From positions 75,560-139,559 of the forward strand of contig JACRJQ010000005.1 of the NCBI GenBank assembly GCA_016215405.1: a stretch of 64,000 nt of DNA, in the 5' to 3' direction. Of this stretch, positions 9,364-18,935 are shown piece by piece. A program made the position numbers and the translations under genes. The stretch is from Candidatus Tayloriibacteriota bacterium. GTDB taxonomy: Bacteria > Patescibacteriota > Minisyncoccia > Phycocordibacterales > UBA6065. The notes under the pieces are model-generated. The model did not search any database. It was not told where the DNA came from and was given only the letters and a program-made list of their open reading frames with translations. Position 1 is the stretch's first letter. Each line of letters opens with the position of its first letter.

Positions 9364-10659
9364 ATGAAAATACGCACGTTCGCGTTTCTTTTGGTCGTCA
9401 CGGCGCTTTTGTCGGTCGCATTCGTCGCGAATGCCCAGACCGAAGCCGTCGCTGCCGAAGGATTCTGCCCAAGCCACGATGAATCGTCGGTCTCGGTAAC
9501 GCTCCAGCCTTTTCCTTCGAAGGTCGCGACGGGAGCATTCCTCCCTGTCGTCGCGCGCGTCACGAACCTGGAACCCTACCCGCTCTCGGGAGGATCCCTT
9601 CTCATGAGGCTCGTGAGCCTCGAGCCTGCGGACAGCGACTTCTCAGGCCTTTCGGGCGCCGTGCTCGCCCGATCGGTCGCTCTCGACGATATCTTCGTAG
9701 CTGCCGGCGAATCGAAAGAACTCTCGTTCATCTTCTCTCTCCCTTCGACCTTGCCGAAAGGCAAGTATCTCGTAGAAGCTGTCTATAGCGTGTCTGGCCT
9801 GAGCCCGGATGGCGTAGACGCGCTTCCGAGCGTCAACAAGCCGAATTCAGGTTTCGCGGCAATATCAATCGAGGGTATGGCTTCGGGCGGATTCGCGTTC
9901 GTCGATCCTCGGACTATCTCTGTCGCGGAGAGCGACGAGGGCGAGGTATCGGTCTCCGTAGACGTGGTCAACATGGCGAAAGCCGAAGCGTCGGTGCCTC
10001 TCCTCTGGAAGGCGTATCGAGGAAACGCTACGATCGAGGATTCGGCCGTGACAGGATCAGTAGAGACGATACGAGTCCCTGCCTCCGGCAGGACGAAGGC
10101 TTCCTATAGGCTCGATGACGGTTCATATTCATCGTATTCGATACTCGCCGCCGCAGCCTTCGGCGGGGTGTCATCCTATGCCGCGGCGAGAGCCGAGGAT
10201 GTGCGGGGAGGCGCCTTGGTGCGGCAGCTCGGCATAGCCACCTCGACCGAAGGATGGAAGGCGTTCGGCTGCGTGACGAACGCATTCGTCGACGACGAGG
10301 TCCAGAGGCTCGTGTCCCTCTCTGTCACAGACGGTTCGGGTATGGGGCTCGGCAGGAAAGAGTTCTCCGTGGCGGGAGAGCTTAACGACCTCGAGTTCTC
10401 GCTGCCGTTTACGATCGCAGGCACCGGGGACGTCATCGTCGCCGCGGAGATCATATCTGGCGGAGGGAGCAAGGAGTCTTTTCAAAAGGTGTTCAGATGC
10501 TCCGACCTCGGCACCTGCGCCGCGGTAGGCACAGGCAGGGCATCTGCCGCAGGAGAGCTCCTCTTCGCCGCCACCATGCTCATAGCCGGCCTCGGGGGCA
10601 TCATCGCCGTCTTGCTCAGGCCGAAAAAGCTCAAGCAGGCTCAAATATACACCTCTTAA
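9364..10659 (+). CDS. Hypothetical exported protein with signal peptide and C-terminal TM anchor
   Basis: Signal peptide ending ANA, beta-rich body, C-terminal hydrophobic helix and basic tail. Confidence 0.75.
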   Translation: MKIRTFAFLLVVTALLSVAFVANAQTEAVAAEGFCPSHDESSVSVTLQPFPSKVATGAFLPVVARVTNLEPYPLSGGSLLMRLVSLEPADSDFSGLSGAVLARSVALDDIFVAAGESKELSFIFSLPSTLPKGKYLVEAVYSVSGLSPDGVDALPSVNKPNSGFAAISIEGMASGGFAFVDPRTISVAESDEGEVSVSVDVVNMAKAEASVPLLWKAYRGNATIEDSAVTGSVETIRVPASGRTKASYRLDDGSYSSYSILAAAAFGGVSSYAAARAEDVRGGALVRQLGIATSTEGWKAFGCVTNAFVDDEVQRLVSLSVTDGSGMGLGRKEFSVAGELNDLEFSLPFTIAGTGDVIVAAEIISGGGSKESFQKVFRCSDLGTCAAVGTGRASAAGELLFAATMLIAGLGGIIAVLLRPKKLKQAQIYTS

Positions 10660-10668
10660 TAAACGACC

Positions 10669-13341
10669 ATGAACAAGAAACTAATCATCGGGACATTCGC
10701 CGCGGCGCTCCTTCTGGCCGGAGCGTTCTATCAACACGTATCCGCTCAGTATTACGACGAGTACGAAGATTACAACGTCCCTTATACGCCCGTCGATCCG
10801 TGTCCAGGCAAGATCTGCGGATGGGTCGATGTTTCTAATGTGAGGGCTTTCGGCGTCGTTCACCCTACGCGAAACGGCATAAATTTCTATGGCACTCAGA
10901 CGACGAAGGAGCATCTCTGCCAGCTCGCGGGCTATGACCGCAGCAAGGGGGGCCAGGAGCAGAATAGGAAATGGAGCAAGTGTAACGACGAATACTACGT
11001 CACGTGGACCGGCAGCAACTGGAATATCTATAAATGCGACGCCAGGACGTATACGGTGAGCATATATTGCGAGAAGGACAAGCCGAATAACGCGCCGACG
11101 ATTTCATGGTCTCAAGCCCCGACCGCGGCGGCGTGCGACGCCTCGTACAAGGTAGAGGCGGCAGGCGCCGACGTAGACGGAAATCTTACGGCGGTGAGCG
11201 TCGATAAGAATGATTCCGCGTTCGCCTATGCCGGCGGCGGAAATGGATGGGAGGGCACGTCGGGCAATCCGACATCGGATAGCGGACCTAAGACCGTGAC
11301 CTTTACCGCCTGGTCGCAAGACTCGACAGGCGCACAGTCTGCAAAGATATCGCACACAGTATCGATAGGATCGTGCGTCGCTCCTAACAGGGAACCGACA
11401 GGCAGCCTTTCGGCGAGCTGCGCCGCGCTCTCTGGGAGCGCCTCTGACCCGGACGCTCCGGGCCAGTCGATAGGGGTCCATTTCTATGTTGACGGACCTG
11501 CTGGCAGCGGATCGTTCGCGGGGGCGACGAATACGAATGGAGGCTCGTATAGCATGGCTTTGCCTGAATCGCTCAAGACGGGGACCAACAGGACGGTATA
11601 CGCATACGCCATCGACACCGCCGGCGGCAATAATCCTCAGATCGGCCAGGCGACGGTGAATTGCTCTCCTGCTTCTGCTCCTGCTCCTACGGGATTCATC
11701 GCGGTCAGCCCATCGACCCTTCCTTCATCAGGAGGCAGCGTCACCGTGAGCTGGTCGGTCTCTGGCGCTTCGTCGTGCACGGCTTCTGGCGACTGGTCTG
11801 GCACCAAAGGATCGAGCGGGTCTGAGACGAAGCAGGTGAGCCGGTCGTCGCAATTCGATATAAGCTGCACGGGAGCCGGAGGCACATGGAGCGATAGCGG
11901 CCGAGTGACGGTCGCGGGGAGCCTCAACATCACCGATTTCTTCATCTCCCCGAATTCGGTCAAAGAGGGCGATGGCTTCACCATATACGGCGTCGCGCAA
12001 TGGAACGGGGTCGACTATATAAAGAGGCACAGAGCGTATTTCCAGGGCTCTCAGGGCGGCCAATGGACGTATGCGGCGGGGCCATATGCCGTGACCGTCG
12101 TCGCGAACGGATACTATACGGCCGAGAGGAATCCTTATTCCATGTATATGGGACCGGGATCATATAGCGTCGTGTATGAAGTGGAGGATAATGCCGGCAA
12201 TACGGATTCCGAGACGCGGTCGTTCACGTATCAAGGGGGCCAGCAGTGCGATACCAAGAGCCATACCTGCAGCGCTTCTTATACGGGATACGAATATCCT
12301 CAGTCGCAATCGACTCAGACGCTGACCGTGTATCAGTCGTGCGATATTTCCGAGCAGCAGCACGGCGCGCTCAATATCCCTAACGGGACGGCAACCCTTC
12401 AGAATAGGGCCTACAGCGACCAGTGCCCTCAGTGCTGGTATGACACGCACGCGTATCAGGGCACCACATGGCATTGTTCGAGGACGCTCTCAGGCTATGA
12501 CCATCCTCACTACAGGTCTACGTTCCCTGTGACCTATTACACTTCATGCAGCATAAGCGATGCTGAAAAGGCGGCTCTCGAAGCGCAGGGATATGTGTAT
12601 GGATACCGGCAGCGCACTCAGGAGACCAGTCCGGGCCAGTGGACCGACGTGCACTACATGAGCAACTGCGATTCGAACACCGCGAGATGCACCGATTCTA
12701 ACGCGACAAACTACAACCAGACAGGGTCGTGCCGTTACAACAATCAGACGAGATGCACCGATTCTAACGCTACGAACTACAATCAGATAGGCTCGTGCGA
12801 CTATTCGAACAACAACAATACTGACACGAACACGAACGGCGGGACGGGGAACAATCCTGGAGGAAACGGCAATAATGGCAATAACGGGAATCGTCCGATT
12901 CCGGGCTTTACCATAACGGCAGATAGCTCGAGGACGCCTGTTCAATTCGTCGGGGGGATCGGCGGCGGATCTGAGGCGAGGAGGATAGAGGTTAACCCGG
13001 TGAATGGCTTCAATGAGGATGTCACGGTGACCGTGGCGAGCATCCGCTCGAGGAGCGGGGGCCAGGCTTTGCCGGAAGGGGTCGTAGCGCTCTACTCGCT
13101 CGATAACAAGCCGTTCGCAGGCTCTATGTCTACGACGCAGAGATACAATCCGTCGGTCGGCGGGGGGAAGTATATCGGATCTGAAGGCCTCATCGGGTCG
13201 AGCTTCAAGCTCACGCTCTCGAAAGCCGTCTCGGAGCCGTATGAAGTCGTATTCAATGCGGTTTCGACATCGGGCAAGGCGGCGACGTATGTCCTCCTTA
13301 TCGAGCCGGATGTAAAGAATCCTTCTTTCAAAGAGCTTTAA
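10669..13341 (+). CDS. Large secreted Cys-rich protein with Ig-like domains
   Basis: Signal peptide; Ig-like segments (TVSWSVSGASSCTASGDWSG); two CTDSNATNYN repeats with 66-nt period (12683 and 12749); Asn/Gly linker; C-terminal PSFKEL. Confidence 0.8.
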   Translation: MNKKLIIGTFAAALLLAGAFYQHVSAQYYDEYEDYNVPYTPVDPCPGKICGWVDVSNVRAFGVVHPTRNGINFYGTQTTKEHLCQLAGYDRSKGGQEQNRKWSKCNDEYYVTWTGSNWNIYKCDARTYTVSIYCEKDKPNNAPTISWSQAPTAAACDASYKVEAAGADVDGNLTAVSVDKNDSAFAYAGGGNGWEGTSGNPTSDSGPKTVTFTAWSQDSTGAQSAKISHTVSIGSCVAPNREPTGSLSASCAALSGSASDPDAPGQSIGVHFYVDGPAGSGSFAGATNTNGGSYSMALPESLKTGTNRTVYAYAIDTAGGNNPQIGQATVNCSPASAPAPTGFIAVSPSTLPSSGGSVTVSWSVSGASSCTASGDWSGTKGSSGSETKQVSRSSQFDISCTGAGGTWSDSGRVTVAGSLNITDFFISPNSVKEGDGFTIYGVAQWNGVDYIKRHRAYFQGSQGGQWTYAAGPYAVTVVANGYYTAERNPYSMYMGPGSYSVVYEVEDNAGNTDSETRSFTYQGGQQCDTKSHTCSASYTGYEYPQSQSTQTLTVYQSCDISEQQHGALNIPNGTATLQNRAYSDQCPQCWYDTHAYQGTTWHCSRTLSGYDHPHYRSTFPVTYYTSCSISDAEKAALEAQGYVYGYRQRTQETSPGQWTDVHYMSNCDSNTARCTDSNATNYNQTGSCRYNNQTRCTDSNATNYNQIGSCDYSNNNNTDTNTNGGTGNNPGGNGNNGNNGNRPIPGFTITADSSRTPVQFVGGIGGGSEARRIEVNPVNGFNEDVTVTVASIRSRSGGQALPEGVVALYSLDNKPFAGSMSTTQRYNPSVGGGKYIGSEGLIGSSFKLTLSKAVSEPYEVVFNAVSTSGKAATYVLLIEPDVKNPSFKEL

Positions 13342-13360
13342 TCGGTTAGAGGTCGAGGTA

Positions 13361-13396
13361 AAGAAAAGCCGGCGCCAAAAGGCGCCGGCTTTTCTT
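13361..13396. terminator. Bidirectional intrinsic terminator
   Basis: AAGAAAAGCCGGCGCC-AAAA-GGCGCCGGCTTTTCTT between convergent genes. Confidence 0.85.
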
Positions 13397-13402
13397 GTCT
13401 AA

Positions 13403-14293
13403 TTAAGAGAGGAATCTCTTCGCGAGAGAGAGGGCTTTTCCGCTCTGATCCGGACGAAGCCAGTGTATATCCTTGTTCCTCTGGAACCACGTCATTTGGC
13501 GCTTGGAAAAATCGACGATGCGGTTCTCAAGCTCGAGGAGCATGCTCTCCTTTGAGATCTTCCCCTGGAGATAGAGCGCGAGAAAGCGATATTCGAGCCC
13601 GAGTTCGTGGAATCGTTTCCAGGAGAGGCCCCTTTTCCGCAATGACTTCGCTTCTTCGACCATACCCTGCTTCATGCGCCTCTGGAGGCGGGCGCGTATC
13701 TTTTCTCTGAGGGCCTTTCGATCTGTCGTAAGCCCGATCCAGAGAGTCTCGTACGCCTTTGTGCGCTTCATCTTTGGAACTTTACCGAGCACACGTGCGA
13801 TCTCTATGGCACGGATGATGCGTACCTTGTTGAGGGGATCGAGCTCTTTCGCCCGGCGAGGGTCGAGCTTCTCGATCTCCTTCATGAGCGTTTTCGTGCT
13901 TTTTTTAGCGAGCCGTGCGCGCAGCTTCGCGTCTGGAGGCACGGCAGGGAAGGATTCATCGTAGGCGAGAGCGTCGATATAGAATCCAGTGCCGCCGCAT
14001 ATGATCGGTACATCGCCGCGCGAGAGTATGTCCTCGATAGCTTTGCGTCCGTCATTCTTGAATCTCTCGACGTTATAGGTCTTTTTCGGGTCGCAGACAT
14101 CGATAAGATGGTGGGGCACGCCATTCATCTCGCGACGGGTTATCTTGCCCGACCCGACGTCGAGACCTCTGTATACCTGCCTCGAATCCGCCGAAACGAC
14201 CTCGCCCTTGAACCGTCGAGCCAAAAGCACGGCGAGGTCGCTCTTTCCTGTGGCGGTTGGGCCGCATACGATGATAACTTTCGGATGCCTCAT
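13403..14293 (-). CDS. miaA: tRNA dimethylallyltransferase
   Basis: GPTATGKS, SADSRQVY, PHHLID, GGTGFY and KRQMTWF. Start moved to ATG 14293 because the ORF-track extension overlaps tRNA-Leu. Confidence 0.95.
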   Translation of the reverse strand: MRHPKVIIVCGPTATGKSDLAVLLARRFKGEVVSADSRQVYRGLDVGSGKITRREMNGVPHHLIDVCDPKKTYNVERFKNDGRKAIEDILSRGDVPIICGGTGFYIDALAYDESFPAVPPDAKLRARLAKKSTKTLMKEIEKLDPRRAKELDPLNKVRIIRAIEIARVLGKVPKMKRTKAYETLWIGLTTDRKALREKIRARLQRRMKQGMVEEAKSLRKRGLSWKRFHELGLEYRFLALYLQGKISKESMLLELENRIVDFSKRQMTWFQRNKDIHWLRPDQSGKALSLAKRFLS

Positions 14294-14330
14294 AGTGTAG
14301 ACTCTACCAGAAATAATCGGAAAGGGAATT

Positions 14331-14447
14331 TGGGAGGCTCGGTCCTTACAGGACCAGTATCCTGATTGGATGTGTAAGAACGCATGTTCAATCAGGCCTC
14401 GAGTCCCACGCACAAAGCTCCGCTTTGGTGCCGGAGGTGGGACTCGA
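14331..14447. repeat. tRNA-Leu 3' trailer: antisense T-arm copy plus conserved 21-nt motif
   Basis: 14399-14409 is complementary to 14437-14447; 14339-14359 is identical to 7768-7788. Confidence 0.85.
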
Positions 14448-14509
14448 ACCCACACACCTTTCGATACGCGATTTTGAGTCGCGCGCGTCTGCCATTCCGC
14501 CACTCCGGC
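14426..14509 (-). tRNA. tRNA-Leu(CAA), CCA end encoded
   Basis: GCCGGAG/CTCCGGC acceptor stem, CGCGA-CTCAAAA-TCGCG anticodon arm, variable arm and GGTTCGAGTCC T-arm. Confidence 0.95.
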
Positions 14510-14599
14510 TTCACATCAACAAGTTACAACAAAAACCGCCCTTTCTCAACGTACGGCCCGCGGTCGGATGTGATAAAATACCTCAGTAAATATAAACCC

Positions 14600-15607
14600 A
14601 TGTCATCCCAATTCTTCGGAGATTCCATATTTTGGATAGAGACAGACAAGATAAGGCCGAATCCTTATCAGCCGAGGCGCGAATTCGACGAAGCGGCCCT
14701 TCGAGACCTCGCCGAATCGATCAGGATGTACGGCCTTCTGCAGCCTTTGGTGGTCACGAGGACCGAGATCCAGAAAGAGGACGGCGGCCTTGCCGTCGAG
14801 TACGAGCTCATCTCCGGAGAGAGACGATTGCGCGCATCGAAGCTCCTCGGCCTTTTGCAGGTCCCAGCGATCATCCGCGCCAATTCCGATGACGCGCGGG
14901 TAAAGCTCGAGCTCGCTATCATCGAGAACCTCCAGCGAGAGGATCTTAACCCTGTCGAACGCGCGCGATCCTTCAATCAGCTCGTGTCCGAATTCGGCCT
15001 CAAGCATATCCAGGTCGCTCAGAAGATAGGCAAGTCGCGCGAATACGTCTCGAACTCGATCCGCCTCCTCATGCTCCCGTCGGATATACTCGACGCCCTC
15101 TCCCAAGGCAAGATCTCCGAAGGGCATGCCCGACCTCTCATGATGCTCGCCGATAGGCCGGAAGAGCAGTCGACCCTGTTCAAAGAGATCACTTTCAAGA
15201 GGCTTACCGTGCGCGAGACCGAGATGATCGCGAGGAAGATCGCCGTCGAGAGGGCGCGCAAGAAGGAGCGCGCCTTCGACCCGGAGATGCTCGAGATAGA
15301 GCAGAGGCTCTCCGAGACTTTCGGAACCCGGGTCTCTATCGAGCAAAAGCAGAAAGGGGGCAAGATAACGATCGATTTCTTCTCTCCAGAGGACCTCAAG
15401 GCGATCATGGACGTCGTCGGAAAGAGGGAAAGGAAAGAGCCTGCCGCCCCTGTCGCTTTATCCGACCAGCCTGCGATACCCGCGCCTTCCCAAGAAGCCG
15501 AGACGGTTTCCGAGCCTCAAGCGCCCATAGACGATAGGTCGAAAGAGGAAAAGAAAGAGAGCGACAACAGCGAAGACCTCTATTCCATAAAGAATTTCTC
15601 CCTTTAG
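14600..15607 (+). CDS. parB: ParB/Spo0J family partition protein
   Basis: PNPYQPRR, GLLQPL, SGERRLRA, IENLQREDLNPVE, HTH KSREYVSN and ISEGHAR; start at ATG 14600. Confidence 0.92.
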   Translation: MSSQFFGDSIFWIETDKIRPNPYQPRREFDEAALRDLAESIRMYGLLQPLVVTRTEIQKEDGGLAVEYELISGERRLRASKLLGLLQVPAIIRANSDDARVKLELAIIENLQREDLNPVERARSFNQLVSEFGLKHIQVAQKIGKSREYVSNSIRLLMLPSDILDALSQGKISEGHARPLMMLADRPEEQSTLFKEITFKRLTVRETEMIARKIAVERARKKERAFDPEMLEIEQRLSETFGTRVSIEQKQKGGKITIDFFSPEDLKAIMDVVGKRERKEPAAPVALSDQPAIPAPSQEAETVSEPQAPIDDRSKEEKKESDNSEDLYSIKNFSL

Positions 15608-15743
15608 AAGAAGATCCGCCTCCGGGCGGGTCTTTTTGACTTAGGGGGACGCTCGGTATATACCTAGTATCGGTAGGCGTATATGGCTTGGCATATCCCA
15701 AGAGCCGCTTCTGGCGGATAACCCGTTCGTTCAAACAAAGGTC

Positions 15744-15992
15744 ATGGCCTTTTCACGTTTCGTTTCTTGGCTGTTTCGCCGCGGGCTCACGCTCGCGTTG
15801 GCTATCGTGGTCGGGGCGTTAGGCGGATACGTCCTCGTGTCGCTCTTCGGCTTCGTCGAGCGTCCCGGCTCTGGGGCCTTCGTGCTATTCTGCGTCGCGA
15901 TGTCGGTCCTCCTGTGGCTCATCGCAGGAGACCGGAAATACGACCGCAAGAAGGACTTCGTCTGGCAGCCTGGCCCTGACGGAAGATACTGA
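15744..15992 (+). CDS. Small two-TM hypothetical protein
   Basis: Two hydrophobic helices; followed by a hairpin at about 16013-16039. Confidence 0.6.
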   Translation: MAFSRFVSWLFRRGLTLALAIVVGALGGYVLVSLFGFVERPGSGAFVLFCVAMSVLLWLIAGDRKYDRKKDFVWQPGPDGRY

Positions 15993-16047
15993 CCGCGGCC
16001 TTCCGCAAATCCAAAGGCGCCTGAACCCCAGGCGCCTTTCGTATGGC

Positions 16048-18291
16048 CTATTCTTTTTTCTTTCGGGCGAAGCCTCTCTTTTTCTTCTCTTGCTTCAATA
16101 TCTCGAGGGCGCGCGGAAGCTCTATGTTATAGACGTCGTCTGGCGCTTTTACGGATCTGAAATCTCCGTCGTGGACTATGTAAGGGCCGAATCGTCCGAT
16201 GTTCGCGGTTATGACTTTGCCTGTGTCTGGATGCGAACCGAGCTGGCGGGGAAGGGATAGATAATGGACCGCCTGAGCCAAGGTGACCTCTTCAGGCTTC
16301 ACCTCCTTAGGCACGCTCGCGCGGCGAAGCTTCGGTTTCGCGGGCTTCTTCGCTTTCTTTTTCTTCGGCTTTCGCGCCTGATCCTCAGTAGGAGGCGTCT
16401 CGGCCTTCTCCTCGGGCATGACCATCTCCACGTAAGGTCCGTACTTTCCCGTCTTGAGAGTTATATCGCTTCCGGTATCTGGATGGACGCCGATGACCTT
16501 GTCCTTCGGCATCTCGGTCCCGTCGATGAGGAGGGCGCCGTCGCAGTCGGGATAGCGGGAGCATGAAAGGAATTTTCCGGAGCGGCCGAGCTTTATCACC
16601 ATGGACGATCCGCACTTCGGGCATACGTGTCTCGCGTCCGCCTCGCCTAAGGTCGTCGCTTTATCGAGCTTGTCCTTTGCCTTCACTTCTTTCGAGAACG
16701 GCTTGTAGAAGTCGGAGAGGGTCTTCTCGTATTCCACCTTTCCTTCGGCTATGAGGTCGAGCTTGTCTTCCATCTCGGCCGTAAAGGTGTCGCTTATGTA
16801 TTGGTTGAAATTCTCTTCGAGGAACGTCGAAACGACTTCGCCGGTGTCGGTGGGCTTAAGCGAACGGCCCTCTTTCGTCACGTATTCGCGGTCTTCGAGG
16901 GTCTTTATGATGGAAGCATAGGTCGACGGTCGGCCGATGCCGCGGGCCTCGAGCTCTTTGACGAGGCCGGCTTCGGAGTATCTCGACGGCGGTTCGGTGA
17001 ATTTTTGGAGAGACGCTATGTCGATGAGCTTGAGGGCTTCGCCTTCTTTCACCTTCGGTAGCTCCACGTCCTCTCCGCGCGCTTCCGGGTCGGCATCGAA
17101 CCAGCCTCTGTATATAGTGCGGGAGCCGTTCGCTTGGAAATCGGGGATGGTCCTCGACGTCACGTTCGCGAGGATCTTCGTCCTCATGACGCGGGCGTCC
17201 TTCATCTGGCTCGCTACAGCGCGGCCCCAGATGAGGGAATAGAGCCCTTCTTCTTCCGGGGTCGATCCAGCCTTCTCTTTTAGGGCGTCGGTCGGTCGAA
17301 CGGCTTCGTGCGCCTCTTGGGCGTTCTTGGATTTGGTCGCATATGTGCGGAGCTCGATCTCGTCCTTTCCGTATATCTTCTCTATGGCGAGGGCGATCTG
17401 GGCGACCGCCTGCTTCGAGAGCGCCGTCGAGTCGGTTCGCATATAGGTGATGTGTCCCGCCTCATAGAGCTTCTGCGCGATGCGCATGGTGCGAGAAGGG
17501 GAGAATCCGAGGCGCGTGGAGGCCGCCTGCTGGAGCGTCGAGGTCGTGAAAGGCGCTTTAGGAGACCTCTTTGCCTCTGACTCCTCGACGCTTACGACTT
17601 GCCAGTCTTCCTTTTTCGCGATCGAGAGTATCCTTTCCGATTCCTTCTCTTCTTTCGGTTCGATCGAGCAGGCGAGAGGAAGCCTCTCTTTCTTTACGGT
17701 CTCGGTCGTTGCCGTTATGGAGAAATATCCTTCTGGCTTGAACGCCTTTATCTCCCGCTCTCTTTCGACGAGGATCCTTAGGGCAGGGGATTGCACGCGC
17801 CCGGCAGAGAGGCCGTAGCGGACCTTTTTCCATATGACGCCGGAGAGGTCGTAGCCGACGAGCCTGTCGAGAACGCGCCGCGCCTCCTGGGCGCGGCGCA
17901 GGTTCTCGTCTATATCGCGAGGGCTCTTTAAAGCCTCGATGATGGCGTCTTTCGTTATCTCATTGAAGACGACGCGCCTCACCTTCTTCTTTCCGAAATC
18001 CACCGCCTCGGCGATATGCCACGCGATGGCTTCGCCCTCTCGGTCCGGGTCGGTCGCGAGAAGCACCTCGTCGGACGACTTCGCCAAGCGCTCTATCTCG
18101 GAGAGGACCTTCTCCTTTCCCGCAGAGACTTCGTAGTGGGGGACGAATCCGTCGAGGTCTATCGCTTTCTTGTTCGATTTAGGGAGGTCTCTAACGTGGC
18201 CGATCGAAGCGACCACCGTGTATCCGCTACCGAGATATTTTCCGATAGTCTTCGCCTTTGCGGGAGACTCTACGATGAGAAGCTTTGGCAT
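16048..18291 (-). CDS. topA: DNA topoisomerase I
   Basis: IVESPAKAKTI, ATDPDREGEAI, SAGRVQS, ITYMRTDS (active Tyr), zinc ribbon and GRFGPY C-terminal repeats. Confidence 0.96.
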   Translation of the reverse strand: MPKLLIVESPAKAKTIGKYLGSGYTVVASIGHVRDLPKSNKKAIDLDGFVPHYEVSAGKEKVLSEIERLAKSSDEVLLATDPDREGEAIAWHIAEAVDFGKKKVRRVVFNEITKDAIIEALKSPRDIDENLRRAQEARRVLDRLVGYDLSGVIWKKVRYGLSAGRVQSPALRILVEREREIKAFKPEGYFSITATTETVKKERLPLACSIEPKEEKESERILSIAKKEDWQVVSVEESEAKRSPKAPFTTSTLQQAASTRLGFSPSRTMRIAQKLYEAGHITYMRTDSTALSKQAVAQIALAIEKIYGKDEIELRTYATKSKNAQEAHEAVRPTDALKEKAGSTPEEEGLYSLIWGRAVASQMKDARVMRTKILANVTSRTIPDFQANGSRTIYRGWFDADPEARGEDVELPKVKEGEALKLIDIASLQKFTEPPSRYSEAGLVKELEARGIGRPSTYASIIKTLEDREYVTKEGRSLKPTDTGEVVSTFLEENFNQYISDTFTAEMEDKLDLIAEGKVEYEKTLSDFYKPFSKEVKAKDKLDKATTLGEADARHVCPKCGSSMVIKLGRSGKFLSCSRYPDCDGALLIDGTEMPKDKVIGVHPDTGSDITLKTGKYGPYVEMVMPEEKAETPPTEDQARKPKKKKAKKPAKPKLRRASVPKEVKPEEVTLAQAVHYLSLPRQLGSHPDTGKVITANIGRFGPYIVHDGDFRSVKAPDDVYNIELPRALEILKQEKKKRGFARKKKE

Positions 18292-18391
18292 ATATTGAGG
18301 CAAGTATTACACGAAGGCAAAAACTTTGGCAAATCAGGGCAAAAAGAAACCCCGCTCGTTGAAGCGGGGTTCGAAGGGGGTAGGGTCGCGA

Positions 18392-18916
18392 TCAAGCCGT
18401 GGCTTTCTCGGCCGCGCCCTCGGAGACGGTCGAGGCCATCTTAAGGCCGATCTTCGAGAACTCGATGTCGCCGCGCTCGCAGACCGGGAAGATCCGGACA
18501 GACCTTTTGAAAGGGGCTTTAGGGTCTGGCTCGACGTCCATGGCCCAAAGCTTGCCTTGGTCTTCGCAGATGATCCGAGAGCTTGCGCCGATCTCGGCCA
18601 AATGCTCGGATTCGATGCGTTTGAAGTCGGCGAGGTTGATGACCTCGTATCCGTGCATGGCCACATACGACCGCATGAGGGCATAGTCCTGGCCTTGATC
18701 GAACGTGAGCCAGTAGATCTGGATTTGCTCTTTGTAGCGGACGCCGGATCTGAGCCGATAGGGCGTATTGGGGCCGAAGGGGTTAAGGGCCAGGTCCCAG
18801 AAGATATATCCGACTATTGCGAGCCCGACGAGGAGCGAGACAGGGTATACGATGTTGGAAATCATGAGTTGAGGGGGGTCCGGGGGTAATTCTACGGCGA
18901 TTCCTTTCCGAGTCAA
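18392..18916 (-). CDS. Hypothetical protein with one TM helix
   Basis: ORF with a hydrophobic segment between dprA and topA; start uncertain (possibly ATG 18865). Confidence 0.55.
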   Translation of the reverse strand: MTRKGIAVELPPDPPQLMISNIVYPVSLLVGLAIVGYIFWDLALNPFGPNTPYRLRSGVRYKEQIQIYWLTFDQGQDYALMRSYVAMHGYEVINLADFKRIESEHLAEIGASSRIICEDQGKLWAMDVEPDPKAPFKRSVRIFPVCERGDIEFSKIGLKMASTVSEGAAEKATA

Positions 18917-18935
18917 CCATGGGCAGGTCCTAGGC

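Noticed and set aside
13403-15607. ORF-track N-terminal extensions of miaA (14503) and parB (14384)
   Set aside because: They run through tRNA-Leu; family motifs begin at 14293 and 14600.
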